Part shown: positions 26,101 through 40,500 of the stretch, piece after piece
Position numbering within the stretch: position 1 is the stretch's first letter
Layout of the letters: each line of letters opens with the position of its first letter
From: Saccostrea echinata
Taxonomy: Eukaryota
Assembly: GCF_033153115.1 (NCBI RefSeq)
Contig: NW_026889803.1
Span: forward strand, 7,874,001 to 7,938,000
Length of the DNA stretch: 64,000 nt
Reading direction: 5' to 3'
Program-made: the position numbers and the translations under genes
Notes under the pieces: generated by a model
The model's database searches: none
Seen by the model: only the letters and a program-made list of their open reading frames with translations
What the model was told of the DNA's origin: nothing

Positions 26101-29100
26101 TCCCTGGTGCAAGTAAAAGGAAGATTCTTCACAAAAAGTTTGTTCTTCTCCATTTCAGTAGAAAACTGAAACACAATAACACAGCCTTTCATAAGCTACA
26201 TCAAGTTAGAAACCACAGGGCATGATGGGTCTTTATTTACAAGTAAATTATTTAAAAAAGAATGATATTAACACATTTTTTAAAGTTTTATTTACATGTA
26301 TGAGAAAAATAATTTATAAATTGATTTTACATCAATTCTTCTTCAATGATAATACTTAAGGACCCTCTCTACACTCCACCCCTAATTTCAGGGTACTTTT
26401 GTGTAGTTAGACTGACCCATCATTTGATATAGAAATAGAATAAATTTTAACCTGCACTGTATGACATAATTTAAAATAAATCCAAGTATTCTAAACATCA
26501 TATCAGACCCAGATAGAGTAGTTGAAAACTTTATTTGCATGTATTTTCTCCATTTGATTAAGCAAAAGCGAATTTTATTTATAATTACTTCATTATCTTT
26601 GAAGATTTTACCTGGATAAAAAAGGCATGCTCCCTATATTAAAAATGAATTAGTTAATTTCAAAACATCCTCCTTTATGCTATATAATTTTCTCAAAGTC
26701 AAAAAAACATTTTTCATCAGTGTATAGAGGGTCCTTAAAAGAACACAAAACACACATTACTGATAACAGTGAAACATTTTCCAGCTCCCTCACCTTGAAC
26801 TGAGCCTTCTTTTGGCTTCTGTCTTCACATTTTGAAACAAAAACTGGTCGACCCTCAACAGGTGTCCTGTCCAACTTTAAAGCTTCTAACATACCCAGCT
26901 AAACCAATTCATATAAAACAGAATTTTCATTTTCAGTCACTTTGAACTCTAAAAATCAAGCAGTAGGGGCTTTTCAAACAAAAATAGTTCTTAATGCTTC
27001 AAACAATATCTACTCCAAAAAATATTCTCTAATTAATCTGTATATGATGTACATATAATTACCAAAAAAAACAGGTCCTTACCTCATCTTTAAATTCTAC
27101 ATAAGCATATCCTTTAGATTTTCCTCTAATAGTTTTCACGAGTCGGATATCTGTCATTTCCCCACACTACAAAAATTTCTTTTAAATTAAGTCTTTTTCA
27201 GTGTATAATGGTATATGAACATTTAATGTTTAAAATATTACACTGCTCCTTCGATGAGACAACAAAAAGCTAAAAATTAACCTTGGCAAAAAGTTGCCCA
27301 ATGCGATCCTCATCTATGGAGTAATCCAGATTACTGACAAATGCTGTACGTTTGGATTTATTCGGATCTTGCTCAGCTTTCTCCACAAAATCTACTTGAG
27401 TGTTTGAGCCATCCCCCTGGCCACCACTGTTGGATGTTTCCTCCTCTAACAGGTAAATATTGAATTCATCAATAAAATGGCATCCATGTTTAATGAATTG
27501 ATAGTATATAAATAGTGCACGTTTTTGAGGGTAACAGTTGAAATTGACACCCCAAGGAAAACCATTGTCAACCGACGCGTCAGCGGAGGTTGACAATGGT
27601 TTTCCGAGGGGTGTCAATTTCAACTGTTACCCTCAAAAACGTGCACTATTTATTTTATTATACTGAATGTCTTATTGATTTCGGATGTCATAAAAAAAAA
27701 AATCGGAGATCGTCGTTAAGTTCACGCTTAGAAAGCTTTCAAACTCCCCGCTTCTATTTTTCTCAATAAGAAAGCTTCGGAAAAGATTTACCAACCTCTC
27801 TATTGTTTGTTTGCTACTCAAAAAGTCCTTTATCATCTAAAGTTTGCACTCGCAAGGATGTTTCGTCTGTCGTTTGTTGTTTTCAAGTAAGCTACATCGG
27901 ACGCAAGCTTTTATTGACGTCGTTTATTCGGCTTCTTTCAAACGCACAACCGACGTTTTGAGAATTCTACGGTGAACCGTACGCGCATGATTTGAACGCA
28001 TGTGATATTTTCGTAATGTTACCCGTTGTCAAGTGTGTTGCTAACGCTGAGGGTAACATTACGGATTGTTAAATGCGTCTAAACCAATCAGATTTTAGTA
28101 TTTAACATGAAAGTATAATAATACAAAATATTAGACAGGAATCTTTTGTACATGTAATAGAAAAATTTAAAATCGGTAAGTCTCATGAATGAATTTATAA
28201 TGCAATTCATTGAAGTTAGGGATTCTGTACCTATGCAATATAAAATCTGAATCTACATGTATTACATTAATGCAGAGTTTTATTGTAATCAATCAAAGTA
28301 TTTATAAGCATCAATAAAGTTAGAGTTACTGTAAACCAACTTTTATTCGCATGCGAGAAACATCCGCAAGTTTCACAACCTACATTTACTTGCGAAAATT
28401 AATCACCACGAACCATTTCTTTTGCTTTGTATTTGAAGAGAATGTTTCCTCAGTCGCGAAAATTAATCACGCGAATTGATTACAAAATGATAAATAGCGA
28501 ATAAAAGATGACGCGAATAATAGTTGGTTTACAGTATTCAAGTCAATGTACCTATTTTTGGCTTCTTGGCTGCATGCTCTCCTCCTTTATACCCTGGAGG
28601 GGGTCCTTTATATCCAGGTGGAGGGGGTCCCTTGGACTCAGGTGGAGGTGGCTCCTTGAACCCAGGAGGGGGTGGTCCCTTTGAACTTGGTACTGCAGGT
28701 ACTTTGAATTCAGCTTGCTCTTCTTCTGACTGAAACATATCCTACACAATTTAAAACTGCTAACAAGCTACCAGTGATTCAGGGAATTTGTATCCCCTGC
28801 TTCAGGAATAAAGAAGAGGGTGGAAAACCTAAAAAAAAATGTAAATGGCAAAAGAAAAAAGGTTGACCATGACCTTTCAGCTTTTGGTCTTAAAGTTAAT
28901 ATGGGTCATTTTTAAGGACTCTCTATACACTGATGAAAAATGTTTTTTGGACTTTGAGAAAATTATATAGCATAAAGGAGGATGTTTTGAAATTAACTAA
29001 TTCATTTTTAATATAGGGAGCGTGCCTTTTTTATCCAGGAAAAATCTTAAAAGATAATGAAGTAATTATAAATAAAATTCGCTTTTGCTTACTCAAATGG

Positions 29101-31523
29101 AGAAAATACATGCAAATAAAGTTTTCAACTACTCTATCTTGGTCTGATATGATGTTTGGAATACTTGGATTTATTTTAAATTATGTCATACAGTGCAGGT
29201 TAAAATTTATTCTATTTCTATATCAAATGATGGCTCAGTCTAACTACACAAAAGTACCCTGAAATTAGGGTGGAGTGTAGAGAGGGTCCTTAAGTTAAAG
29301 AAATTCATGACCTTAAGATTCATTGCAGAAAGGTTACAGAGAACTTTAAGTTAATATCAGGAAACATTTTTTGCAATGTATGAATTTCTGATCTTGGTCT
29401 TTGACCTTTTGACCTCAAAATCAATAGGAGTCCTTTTTTAGTCATATTGACTGAAGGTATAAAATTTCACTGCAAATCTCAAAGAGAACTAAAGTTATCA
29501 CCAGGAATCCATTTTAAGCAAGATATTAATATTTGACATTTACCTTTTGACCTAAAAAGTGATAGGGGTCTTCTTTAGGTCATTTGGAGTTATGATATAA
29601 AATTTCATTGACAACCTGAATGAAAGGTAAGGTCAAATGTCAGGAAATATCAGGAATATCAGGAAACAATATTTTGTAATTTATAAATGTATGACCTTGA
29701 CCCTTTGACCTTAAAATCAATAAGGGTCTTCTTTGAGTCACTGAGAGTTATGATATATATTTTCATTGAAAAAGCCCACAGAGAACTAAAGTTATGAACT
29801 GGAAATAATTATTTCCAAATATGAATTTCTTAACTTGACCTTTGACCTTAAATCTTTAAGACTTGAGACATTTAGTTATGTAAACAAAAGTGTTAAATGC
29901 AGATAGAATGACAGAAGGACAGACCCAAATTAATATCTTCCACTTTCAATGAAAGCAGTGGACAAAATAACATATTTACACATGCAAGTTTTTTGATACC
30001 GGTATATTAAAATAATTTGGAAAATACAAAATCCTTATCACATAATTCAGTTAAGTCACCTTTCTTTTCCTGTTTTCAGATTTGTCTGTCTTTTCTTTCT
30101 GTGAAGATTTGTCTGCACTTTCTTTTGGTGACGATTTTTTTCTCTCATTACCGTCTTTCTTCCCCTTCTTTCCTTTTTCTTTTGCATCAAATCTTTTCTG
30201 TTTCTTTTCTAGTCTTCTATTCTGTCTTTTTTCTTCCAATTCTGACTCCTTGAACACAACATGGTGGCATAAATCAGTAACTGAGTTACATGAAAGCAAT
30301 CATTTCAGGAAATATCTTCTTTTTTATGATTATTGTTAGATGATCAATTTCTTACCTTTCTCTCTTTATTTATGGCATCCATATGTATCTCACACTTGGT
30401 TACAGCTGTGTCATACTGTTCCAAATTCCCTATTTAATACAAATTTAACAACTATACAAGTATATCTCTATTATCATATTAAATCAAAGCTATCATGAAC
30501 TACAACGCTTGGCTCAACATATCTGACCTTCCTCTCTTTCAAAGTTGATCATAGCTTCGACAATTCCTTCTGGCCAGTCTGTTACCACATTGAGTGCTCT
30601 GTTCAGAAGTTTACGGCAGTGTTTATTATCACCGTATGCCCTTCAATAAAATAAGCCAATCAATGGTTAGCATCATATGGAATCATAAACACTAAAAATT
30701 GACATTAAAAGCAGATCTGCTTCTTATGAGACACATTGAATTTGGATTAAAAAGCAAATAAATGCATGTTTTTATAACTGGTTAAATACAGCATTTCTCA
30801 AAAGATTTTTGATGTTTTCTGGTAGTTTTGTAATGAAAGAGAAAATCTACAGATCCTCACTGTTTCAGCAATATCATCGGAAAATATACAAATACCTTTC
30901 TATTTTTAGATAATCCAACCATAAAGCTGCCTCATGATTTCTTCCTGCAGACATGATGTCATTCCAGATCTCTCTAGCCCTTGTCATATTTTTACAAAAC
31001 TTGCCCTGCAATTTTTAAAAAATTTTCTTTCTTTTTTTTTTTTTTTATATATTTACGAATATATTTCATTAATACAATTTATTCTGAGGGTACATCAAAT
31101 ATTTCAAATATGTAAATGTAAGGATAATTCTTTTTCCCCAATCATAAAGACAAATAAGAAAATGTCTCAATTTCAGGTCACCTTTCATAATGGAAATTTT
31201 GTTTCTCTATTGGCTAACAATTTAGAACATATTTTTATGATCTATACATAAACTGTACCTCTATTACTGCCCAGAACTGCTGTAAACTCCCCTTTGGATC
31301 TGCCTCCACACCATAATCTGTCATAAAATATTTAGATGATATTTTGAGTATTTCCAATTTCCTACCCAGTCCTGACCTATATGGTATATGATGGTAGGTA
31401 GCAATGATAATCACTTTATAAATTCTTATGAAGCATTTGATAACAGTGTATAAATTATTTAGTTTCATACCCCAATTTTTATTTAAATTTCACTCTGAAA
31501 AACAGCAACAAATCTTTGTGATT

Positions 31524-31554
<31 letters not shown>

Positions 31555-34500
31555 CCATAGCAAAAGAAAAATTACCAAAAATTAAATTTAAGCCTTATCA
31601 TAAATTTAAATGCCTTTAGATATTAAGAAAGGAAGGGAAGACTGACAACTACAACAAAGAAAAAGCTAACTTTAATTGATAAAAAATCAACTGCAAAAAT
31701 AAAACAAATTCACTATCAATATAAGAGTAATTTAAAGCTTACATGATAGAAAGTTAACAGCACTTTCAACAGTTATTCTGAACAACTCCAATTCATCTTC
31801 ATGTTCTGTGGGATAAAAATGTTCTCACTAGACAATTAATTACAAACGATAAAAATATATATAACATATATTAACACACAAGTAATTAAAAAAAAAAAAA
31901 GTTTTCACTTCTGCTTTTGCAAGACCTTAACACATTCGATTCTCAAGAGCAAGCCATTACCAACTTAGAATAAAAGAAGAGGATATTAAAAACTTTCAGT
32001 ACTATCCTTGTTAACTGGCGAACATGAGAGAGCATAGTGTATGTGTACTTAAAAAAGCGGGCTTTATATTTTAGCGGCTTTGGCGTAGACAAAGATGCAC
32101 TAATTCATGCATACCGCTAAGAAATCATTTATATATACAATACACGGCATGGACATGTGTAGCACTAATTCATGATTACTCTAACAACTCCATACTCGGT
32201 GATTGCACTAAATTTTGAATATGCCAATTTATGTACACGTACAGAATGTATTCAACAGTGTTACACTTGGAACATTACCCTGATCCCACTTAATTCTCCG
32301 TCGCAGATAGTCACAGTACGTGCTCCACACCACTAGATAATCAGCTCCAGAGTTAAAGCCACACTGTAATGCTCTGTCCACCAACTCTAAAAGTGTGAAA
32401 ATTTCATCATGTACAGCATTTATAAAATCCAAGATCTGATTTAATGAACAGAGTAAAGATAATATTTGGTAATACGTTGATAGTAATCATATCATCATAA
32501 AGCCATGAATATTTGGACATTTTTTTCATCTAGTTTGTTAAAAGGAAAGTCCACTAGACACTGTACCTTTGATTTCCTTTTGTGATTTATGAAATCTCTC
32601 CATAGCTAGTATGTATCTCTGCCATAGCTGTGAGCACCAAGGACAATTTCTGACAGATCTTTCATACATTCCTAGAACCAGGGTTTCCACCTGTAGTCTT
32701 TTGTGATCCTGTAAATAGAATATTAGTGGTTCAATGATATCACAAAGTTAGGAGGAAAGACAAATATCAATGCACATAAAATAAGAATAAAAGAAATACC
32801 AGATATTTAGCATATTTCAGCCATAACTCTGCATTTAAACAGTTCTCTTGTAAAGCTCGCTCAAATATGTTGTGAATTCTGGCTGGATCATCGTGAGTCA
32901 TCTCGTAATCAATATAGGACAAGTAAGCATCCAATCTTGGCGGCTCTGCTGAATTCTGCAAGATACATACAGAATACCACTAAATGCTTGTATTTTAAGG
33001 ACCCTCTATACACTGAAGAAAAATGTTTTTTGGACTTTGAGAAAATTACATAGTGTAAAGGGGGATATTCTAAACTTAACTCACTCATTTTTAATATAGG
33101 TAGCATGCCTTTTTTATCCGGGAAAAATCTTCAAAGACAATGGAGTAATGATAAAGAAAAATCGCTTTTGCTTACTCAAGTGGAGAAAATACATACAAAT
33201 AAAGTTTTCAACTATTCTATCTTGGTCTAATAAATGGTTTAGAATACTTGGATTTATTTTAAATTATGTCACCCAGTGAGGACTACAATTTATTCCATGT
33301 TATGTCAAATGGTGGGTCAGTCTAACTACACAAAAGTACCCTGAAATCAGGGTGCAGTGTAGAGAGGGTCCTTAACTGTCAGTGAATTTAATTTTAAAAT
33401 TATCCTTCTCATCTATTTTTAAACAGAAATTAACATACACATACAAGTATGAAAACCCTTAGAAGACATTTACTTAGTACTTACTAAAGCCTCTTCATAT
33501 GGTATTAACTTTTCCAGTTTATCCAGAGCTTTACTATAGGCCTCTTTGGTTCCGTCATCAATCTCATCCTCAAAATATTCTTTGAATTCTGCCATGGTTT
33601 CCTGCATATCTGTTTCATATTTAACATAATTACTTCTTCAAATAGTATGCGTACAACATTTTATAATTGTGTAGTGCAGAAGAAGTGTAATACAAATTTA
33701 CCCATTAAAGGGATGGATAGCTGTCTTTTGAAAAGGGAGACTACTCTATCCTGCTGGGTATTGAATTTTTCTTCTTGTTCAGGAGTGGCTACTTGTCCTG
33801 GTTGTGGCTAAAACCCAGAAACAAAAGCATTTCAAATGAAATTGCTGAACAAAAAGAATAGTGCACTTACAAGTCAGCAAAGGTTTAAAATAAAATATTG
33901 AATATGTAAGAATGATAAGTTTGAACAACTAACTGAACAAAAACAGACTCTATCATCTGCAGCTGGCAAGAAAATTTGTACAAAGTTCTTAAGAGTTATT
34001 CCCCTTGTCTGCTTATCTGCAATACGAAAAATCTGTCCTTTTCTTCACCTAAACTCTCCTCCCTGACCCCAAAACAGGTGACAGAGTCAAAATTGGTATT
34101 AAAATATGTCTAATTACCTACTGAAACAGTATACAAAATTTCATAAATATGAGATAATCACTGGAAAAAAACATTAGGGAAAAAACATGATATTTGTGAA
34201 TGGATAGACAGAGTCATTATTGTAAAGCATCTGCAAACTTTGACAGGGCCCTCAAGAGTCACAAAATACCACAATTATGAATAACAATAAAATAAATAAT
34301 ACGAATCTTTTGACAAAATTTTAATGTATTAAATTTTTGTAATTTTTTTTTACCATATAACCACTCATTAGAGCATTCTCAAACTCCCTATAAGCCTCCC
34401 AGAGACTAGATCCAGCTGCAACATGAAGGCCAGCTGCTGACAGAGCCCTCTCAAAGACATCCCGAATGTGGGACATTCCATCTATCTGACCCATCCCTCC

Positions 34501-37500
34501 AATACAGAACTGCACATATTCCAACCACACATCTACAGCTAAAATTAGATATGGATGTTTTATAGTATGTTTCAGTGTAAAAATGGCTAAATATAAATTA
34601 ATATTGAAACATGCAAGTATGTCTGGCCTGACAAAAATCCTTATTCAAGTAGCATGACAATTTAATGTATGAATGCAAGGAGGTTAGAAACTGTTGTTAC
34701 ATGTATCTGTTACTGTATTTTAAAAGATTAAGATTGCCATCTGGACTTTCACCATTATTTTTTTTTAATTAACATGACTTACACAGATAGTCTTTTACTG
34801 CCCTCTCAAACAGGTCATAGACATGCTTCCTCTCACTTTCATCTGTTGCCAAAGGAATCTCATCTCTGAGCCATTCCAACCACAGATCTAAACAATCAGA
34901 GAAAAATGAATACCATAAATGTCTGTAACAAAACAACGTCAAACACTATTAAATTTTACTTTAAAAAAATACCAAAAAAACCATTATATTTGCCATCATT
35001 TGGCTAAAGTGATAAAAAAATTCAAGATTCTTAAATGATGTATAAATGGTACATGTGCAAGGGGTGATCAAAAAGTTTGCGAACTATCTCTATATCTACA
35101 AAACCAAAATTCAGATCAGAATGAAATTTCGCACACATATACATGTAGTCATAAATATGTTCAATAAAGAGCAGATATTGAGTAATGTTTTGCTCTGCAT
35201 TTATGATGTCATATTGTGAAATATTTAGATGACTTGTGACAAAAAATGGTTGAATCCATTGTACTCAAACAAGGAACGGCTATAAAGTTTAAGTTAAATC
35301 TTGGAAATTCCTTTGCAGTTGCATATAATAATCTGTACCAGGTTTATGAAGGCAAATGACTTGCCAGAAGTTTAATTATTAATTTGATTGTTTTAGTGAA
35401 GGAAGGGAGATGGTTAAAAATAATGTTCGTTCTGGTGCCTAGTGAAAGTAAGCTTGGAAAGAGATGTGTCCTTAGTTAAGCAATAAGATATCAATTGTAA
35501 CAGGCTTGGGTTAAAGTTTATGACAAATGTCTGTGGACTATACAACAATTCAATTTTAATTTTTTATTCCATTTCAAACCGGCATTTTTATCAACTGAAG
35601 CGGTCAATTTGGCCGGTAGCAGCTCTTAGGGAGAACACTGTATACATATTTATACCTTGGACACTGAGATTTTTAGATCAGAAGTCTTTTAATATTAAAG
35701 GTGCTTAGACACAGATTTGAAGTTAATATTTTCTCAAATTTTCTGTATAATATCACGACTTATATATTGCAATAGCATTTCACATGAAAATATAATTAAA
35801 AACTTATTTTATCTAGAAATTATTGGAACTACGAATTCCTAGACGAGTTTGATTAACACATCATTGCACTTTCACAAATTTTATCTTTGTCCTTAATATT
35901 TAAGAAAAGAAGTGATTTTGTTGTGTATTAATGAAAAACATTACATCTATAATTCAGAAAATTCAGAGTAGAAATGTGCGAAAGCAAACCCTCTCACTAA
36001 TATCATCAGCCCGTGCTCAGTGTTGTGTACAGAGTTTAACAAATTGAATACACCCGTGAAACGTAAACTGTTTTTGTAAACAGGGCACAAGCTCTGTTAT
36101 TGTTAATGTTTACGATTCACCGGGTGTGTTCAATTGTTAAAGTCTGCACACACCACTGAGCACGGATTGACAATACTGTGAGTGGGTTTTGCTTTCGAAC
36201 ATTTCTACTCTGAATTTTCTGGATTATAGTTTTAATTTTCATTAATACACAACAAAATTGCCACTTTTCTTAAGTATTAAGAATAAATTTAAAATTTGTG
36301 AAAGTGCAAGGATGTGTCAATCAAACATGTCCAGAAATTTGAAGTTTCAATAACTTCGAGATGAAATAAGATTTTTATTTTATTTTAGTATGAAATGCTA
36401 TAGCAACATATAAGTCATGAAATTATACAGAAAATTTGAGAAAATATTAACTTCAAATCTGTGTCCAAGCACCTTTAATAATCAGAAGTAACTCATGAGA
36501 TTTCTCTGAATTTGTATGACTTCCCAAAACATCTTTTTTCCCAATTATGGAAAAATCATCATCATAAATAATACATGTTGAGGAAAGTCTAATACTGGAC
36601 CCATGATGTCATCCTTTTTTTTTTTTTTTGTTTTGTTTTTGGTGATCTAAAAAAGCAATGGCAGAAGACACTGAAGATTGTCTTCCGGTGTCATTATCTT
36701 ACTGAGTTAAATTGTATTACCTTGAGTTAGGGGAAAGTACTGGCTCATTTTCTCTCTTGCGTCTCTAAGTTTCTCCAGTTCTCCAGTGTTACGGAGAAGT
36801 TTTATCATTTCTGTGTGTCCATCATACAAGTACGGATTTTCCTCTATCTGTTTAAAATATATATATCACAATTGAATAAAAAATGATTTCACTGAAATTC
36901 AGAAAATCTTTCATCCAAGAAACTAAATTGGGTATACCTTTGATAAAATTGAAATAATTTTATAAATAATAGTTAATTAATGTAATATCGACAATTTGGG
37001 TGACAACAATTCTAACAAGAGGCTCATGGGCCACAATACTAACATGAGTCACCTTGGTCCTGTTGTTCATCACATACCTGTCAACATTCCAAATATTTTT
37101 GGGGGGAGAAAACACGCGATGACCTTTTTTGATAGTAAAAAGTCATCGCGCGTTCTTTTTGTTCATACTGATAACTAAGAAATAACAAATGATACACTTT
37201 AATGTTCTTTAATCTAATTGTAAGCTGCTGATTTAGTCAGCTTTAGAGTGTCCTTAGAAGGTTTCACTTGATGGCATTCCTCTTTACAGTTTATTTTAGC
37301 ACATAGAAGACTACATAGTGTCTGATTGTCCATGGAAGCTCTTTGTTCTGTCTGTATTTTTCTCACAAGGGAGAACACCCTCTCACAATCTGCATTGCTG
37401 TTTGGGATACAGCACATAGACTGAGCAATTTTATTAAGAATTGGGAATCTTGGTGTTCCAGAGACTTTGTTGGTGATTTTCCCCATCTCTCCCCAAAATG

Positions 37501-40500
37501 AGTCTATTCTTGTCTGCCCCTTCTCAAAGTTTGGAAGGTCACAGTCAGGAGAAACACTGAAATCCAGATACTCCTCTTCCAACTTTGGGAAGTCCTTTTC
37601 CTGAACTATGGCAGGGAATCTTCTGGCAATCTCCACTATAGACTGTAAGCTGGTCTCTTCCCTTCTGTGAGGATTCAAGAATCCTAAATTGTTGACAACT
37701 GGGTCCTTGAATGGAAAGTGCTTTAGCATTTTCTTTGTGATGGCACAGTAGAACCCCCTTACATTCCTAGAATTAGACAAAAACAAAGAGGTATAATATC
37801 AGTATGAGTTTTTGTATATTAATGCAACATTCCTTAATACATGATGAACACTGCATACCACAAATATCTGAAGAAAGTTTTTTTAGCAACTTATTAATTT
37901 ACTTTCTTTACTTAAACTGAGCTAAGAACTGACAGCTTAAAAAACTTAAAAGGTCAGAATCTAAACTTACTGGAAAAAAATTGCCAAGTCTACTGGTGGA
38001 ATATCCTCATCATTCTCTGCAATGTAGAACCTGGTAAGAATTCCAACTGCAAGTATGTTATCTTGGAGCTGGTTTTCTGGATTTTGGAAGTCCACACTGA
38101 TGAGGTCCTTGGAATTCTTGATTATTCCTGCCTTTATAAAACGGCCAAGGAATTTTCTTAGAAGTTTGTGGATTTCTTCTCCAAGATATCCAATCCTTGA
38201 TTCATCAGCCTACAAAGATAGAAGAAGAAATCAGTACTTAAGTAATATACAGTTCTGTAATTTTGTGATTTATTAAAACAAAATTATCAATATATTAAGA
38301 TTATAGCTTATATACCTGAAATGTAGTGTTGAACTCATTCAATGGCTCCAACACATAACCTAAGAAGTGGAATGTCATCCTCATCTCATGGCTTCTGAGG
38401 AGCTCTGCCACTCTCTTAACTCTTCCAGGCTTCTCTACATCACTGTGTGAGTTGAAATAGCTTGTCAGAGCAGGCCAGTGGTGCAGCAACCTTTTGACAC
38501 ACTTCTCAAGACTTAGCCACCTGGTTGAGCAGTGCTTCAGAAGTTTTGAAGGGTCAACATCACAGAAGTCCAAGTATTCCTTGTATGTTTCCTTACGTAA
38601 TGCACTGTTAAAAGAAAAGAAGTAAAATCTAAGGTCAAGATAACAGATATAAAGTGTGCAATTTGAAACTATGTAAAACTGAAAACTAAGTTAAATATTA
38701 CCAGTAGATGTATTTATTAATGTATTTATTAGATAAATGTTTTACCTATGGTGAAAATGATAATAGACGTCAACAAGGAGGTCATCTACAGGAAGGGACA
38801 GACTTTTGACACCAGCCATTGTGCAGAGATTGGCCAAATGACAAATGCAGCCAATGTCAAAAACATGTGGCTGCATTTCCTTGATCTTTGTCATCACTGA
38901 ATTCTTCTTGCCCATCATGACATTACAGTTGTCAGAGGAGAAAGCAATCAAGTTTTCCCAAGGAATGTTGTTGTTTCTACAAAATACATTGATAAATTAA
39001 GAACAATTCCCTTATTGAAATCTTTATCTGTAAAAAAAAAAAAAAAGGGGGGTATTCAATATAAAATCTATACACATTGAACTTACATAAAAACTTGTTC
39101 AAGGTGGTCAAATATATTCTGGGAAGTTCCCACATTGCAAATTGGCATGTCCAAAAATTGAGTTACTGCCTGATTGTCAAAGTATCTGACAAATATAGCA
39201 AGGGTTTTCTCAGAGTTTCTATCATTGCTTTCATCACAGGCTAAGGAAAATGGCTTTGTCCTGCAATTTTGAACTACTTCCTTGTGAAGCTGAGGGGCAA
39301 GGGCGTTCTTGACAATCATGGTAGTCTTTGTGCGGCCACAGGCAAATTTTTTTAGCAATCTGGCTGTCAGGAAACATGGACTTGCAGAGTTTCGTGAAAT
39401 GGTCTGCAACAGCAAATGGGATGTTGTGCTCCGCAATGAAATTTGAAAATAAAAATTCTGCTTTCACCACTCCTGAAATGGAAATTATTTGGTCAAAGAT
39501 CAACTTAATGTACTTGAAAATATAAACTATAAATATGTAGTTTTTTGCATGTTTAAATATTACAAAATCATTTAACTGCATTCTCCCTCATGACACTATG
39601 TCTGTTACATTCATTAAAATTTACATTTTCATTAATTTCAGTACATATTTCACCAATTTCAAACAAGTGCAATTTGCAGTTCTTTAAATTATGATACGTC
39701 TTACCTTCATCACTTGAAGTTGTCAAGAAATTTTGTATTGGCATTGTGACGTTCTGTGATTTTTTGCTGCTTTGATGAGCTGCTGATGAAACATGCTTCA
39801 TAAGATAATTTTTTTTACCGTGGTCAATCTTTATATTTTTCATACACAGTCTGCAGATAAGCATGATCTTCGCCTTTCACACTTTTTGTTAGCCAACCTT
39901 GGAATTCTGCTTCTTTTTCCCAAGAATTTAGGTACTTGCAGACGTATCTTTTCTTTTTTGGCTTTGGTGGTGTATTTTCCATGCTTAAAAACTTCGTACG
40001 TGATTATAATAAGGAATGCCATATTTCTAAAACTTATTTCCATTTATAAGCCGTTTATTAGTATATTGTCATATTTTGCTGCAGAGTGTCAATTCGACAC
40101 TAGCTCGTATCCCGTTGTCATTTTTCTAATGTGTATTTCTAAAATTTCCACATCTGGCATGCCTGTCTCTGTTAATAAACTCTGCTAATGAGAATCGGAA
40201 GCAATTACAATCCCAGTAATCACTGGTAGCACAGTTGACACCTTGTTGATTACCTGTTATCAGCAGCAATAAACATGTATCTACCGATAAACAATGAACT
40301 GCCATCTTCTCTTTCACAGGAAATATGGTATTATTCAAAGCGAAATCGGTAAAAATTCCGGATTTCTTAAAAATCAGTAGAAATTGGGGGTAAAAAATAT
40401 ATCGGTAGACAAGCGGTAGAATGGGTTCAAAATCGGTAGACTCCCGAAAAAATCGGGAGAGTTGACAGGTATGTCATCATTATTTTTACTTTTTTTTTAT

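Noticed and set aside
37214-39982. Domesticated host gene (ZNF862/ZBED-like)
   Set aside because: It is flanked by perfect TIRs and a TSD and carries frameshifts, so it is a transposon copy.
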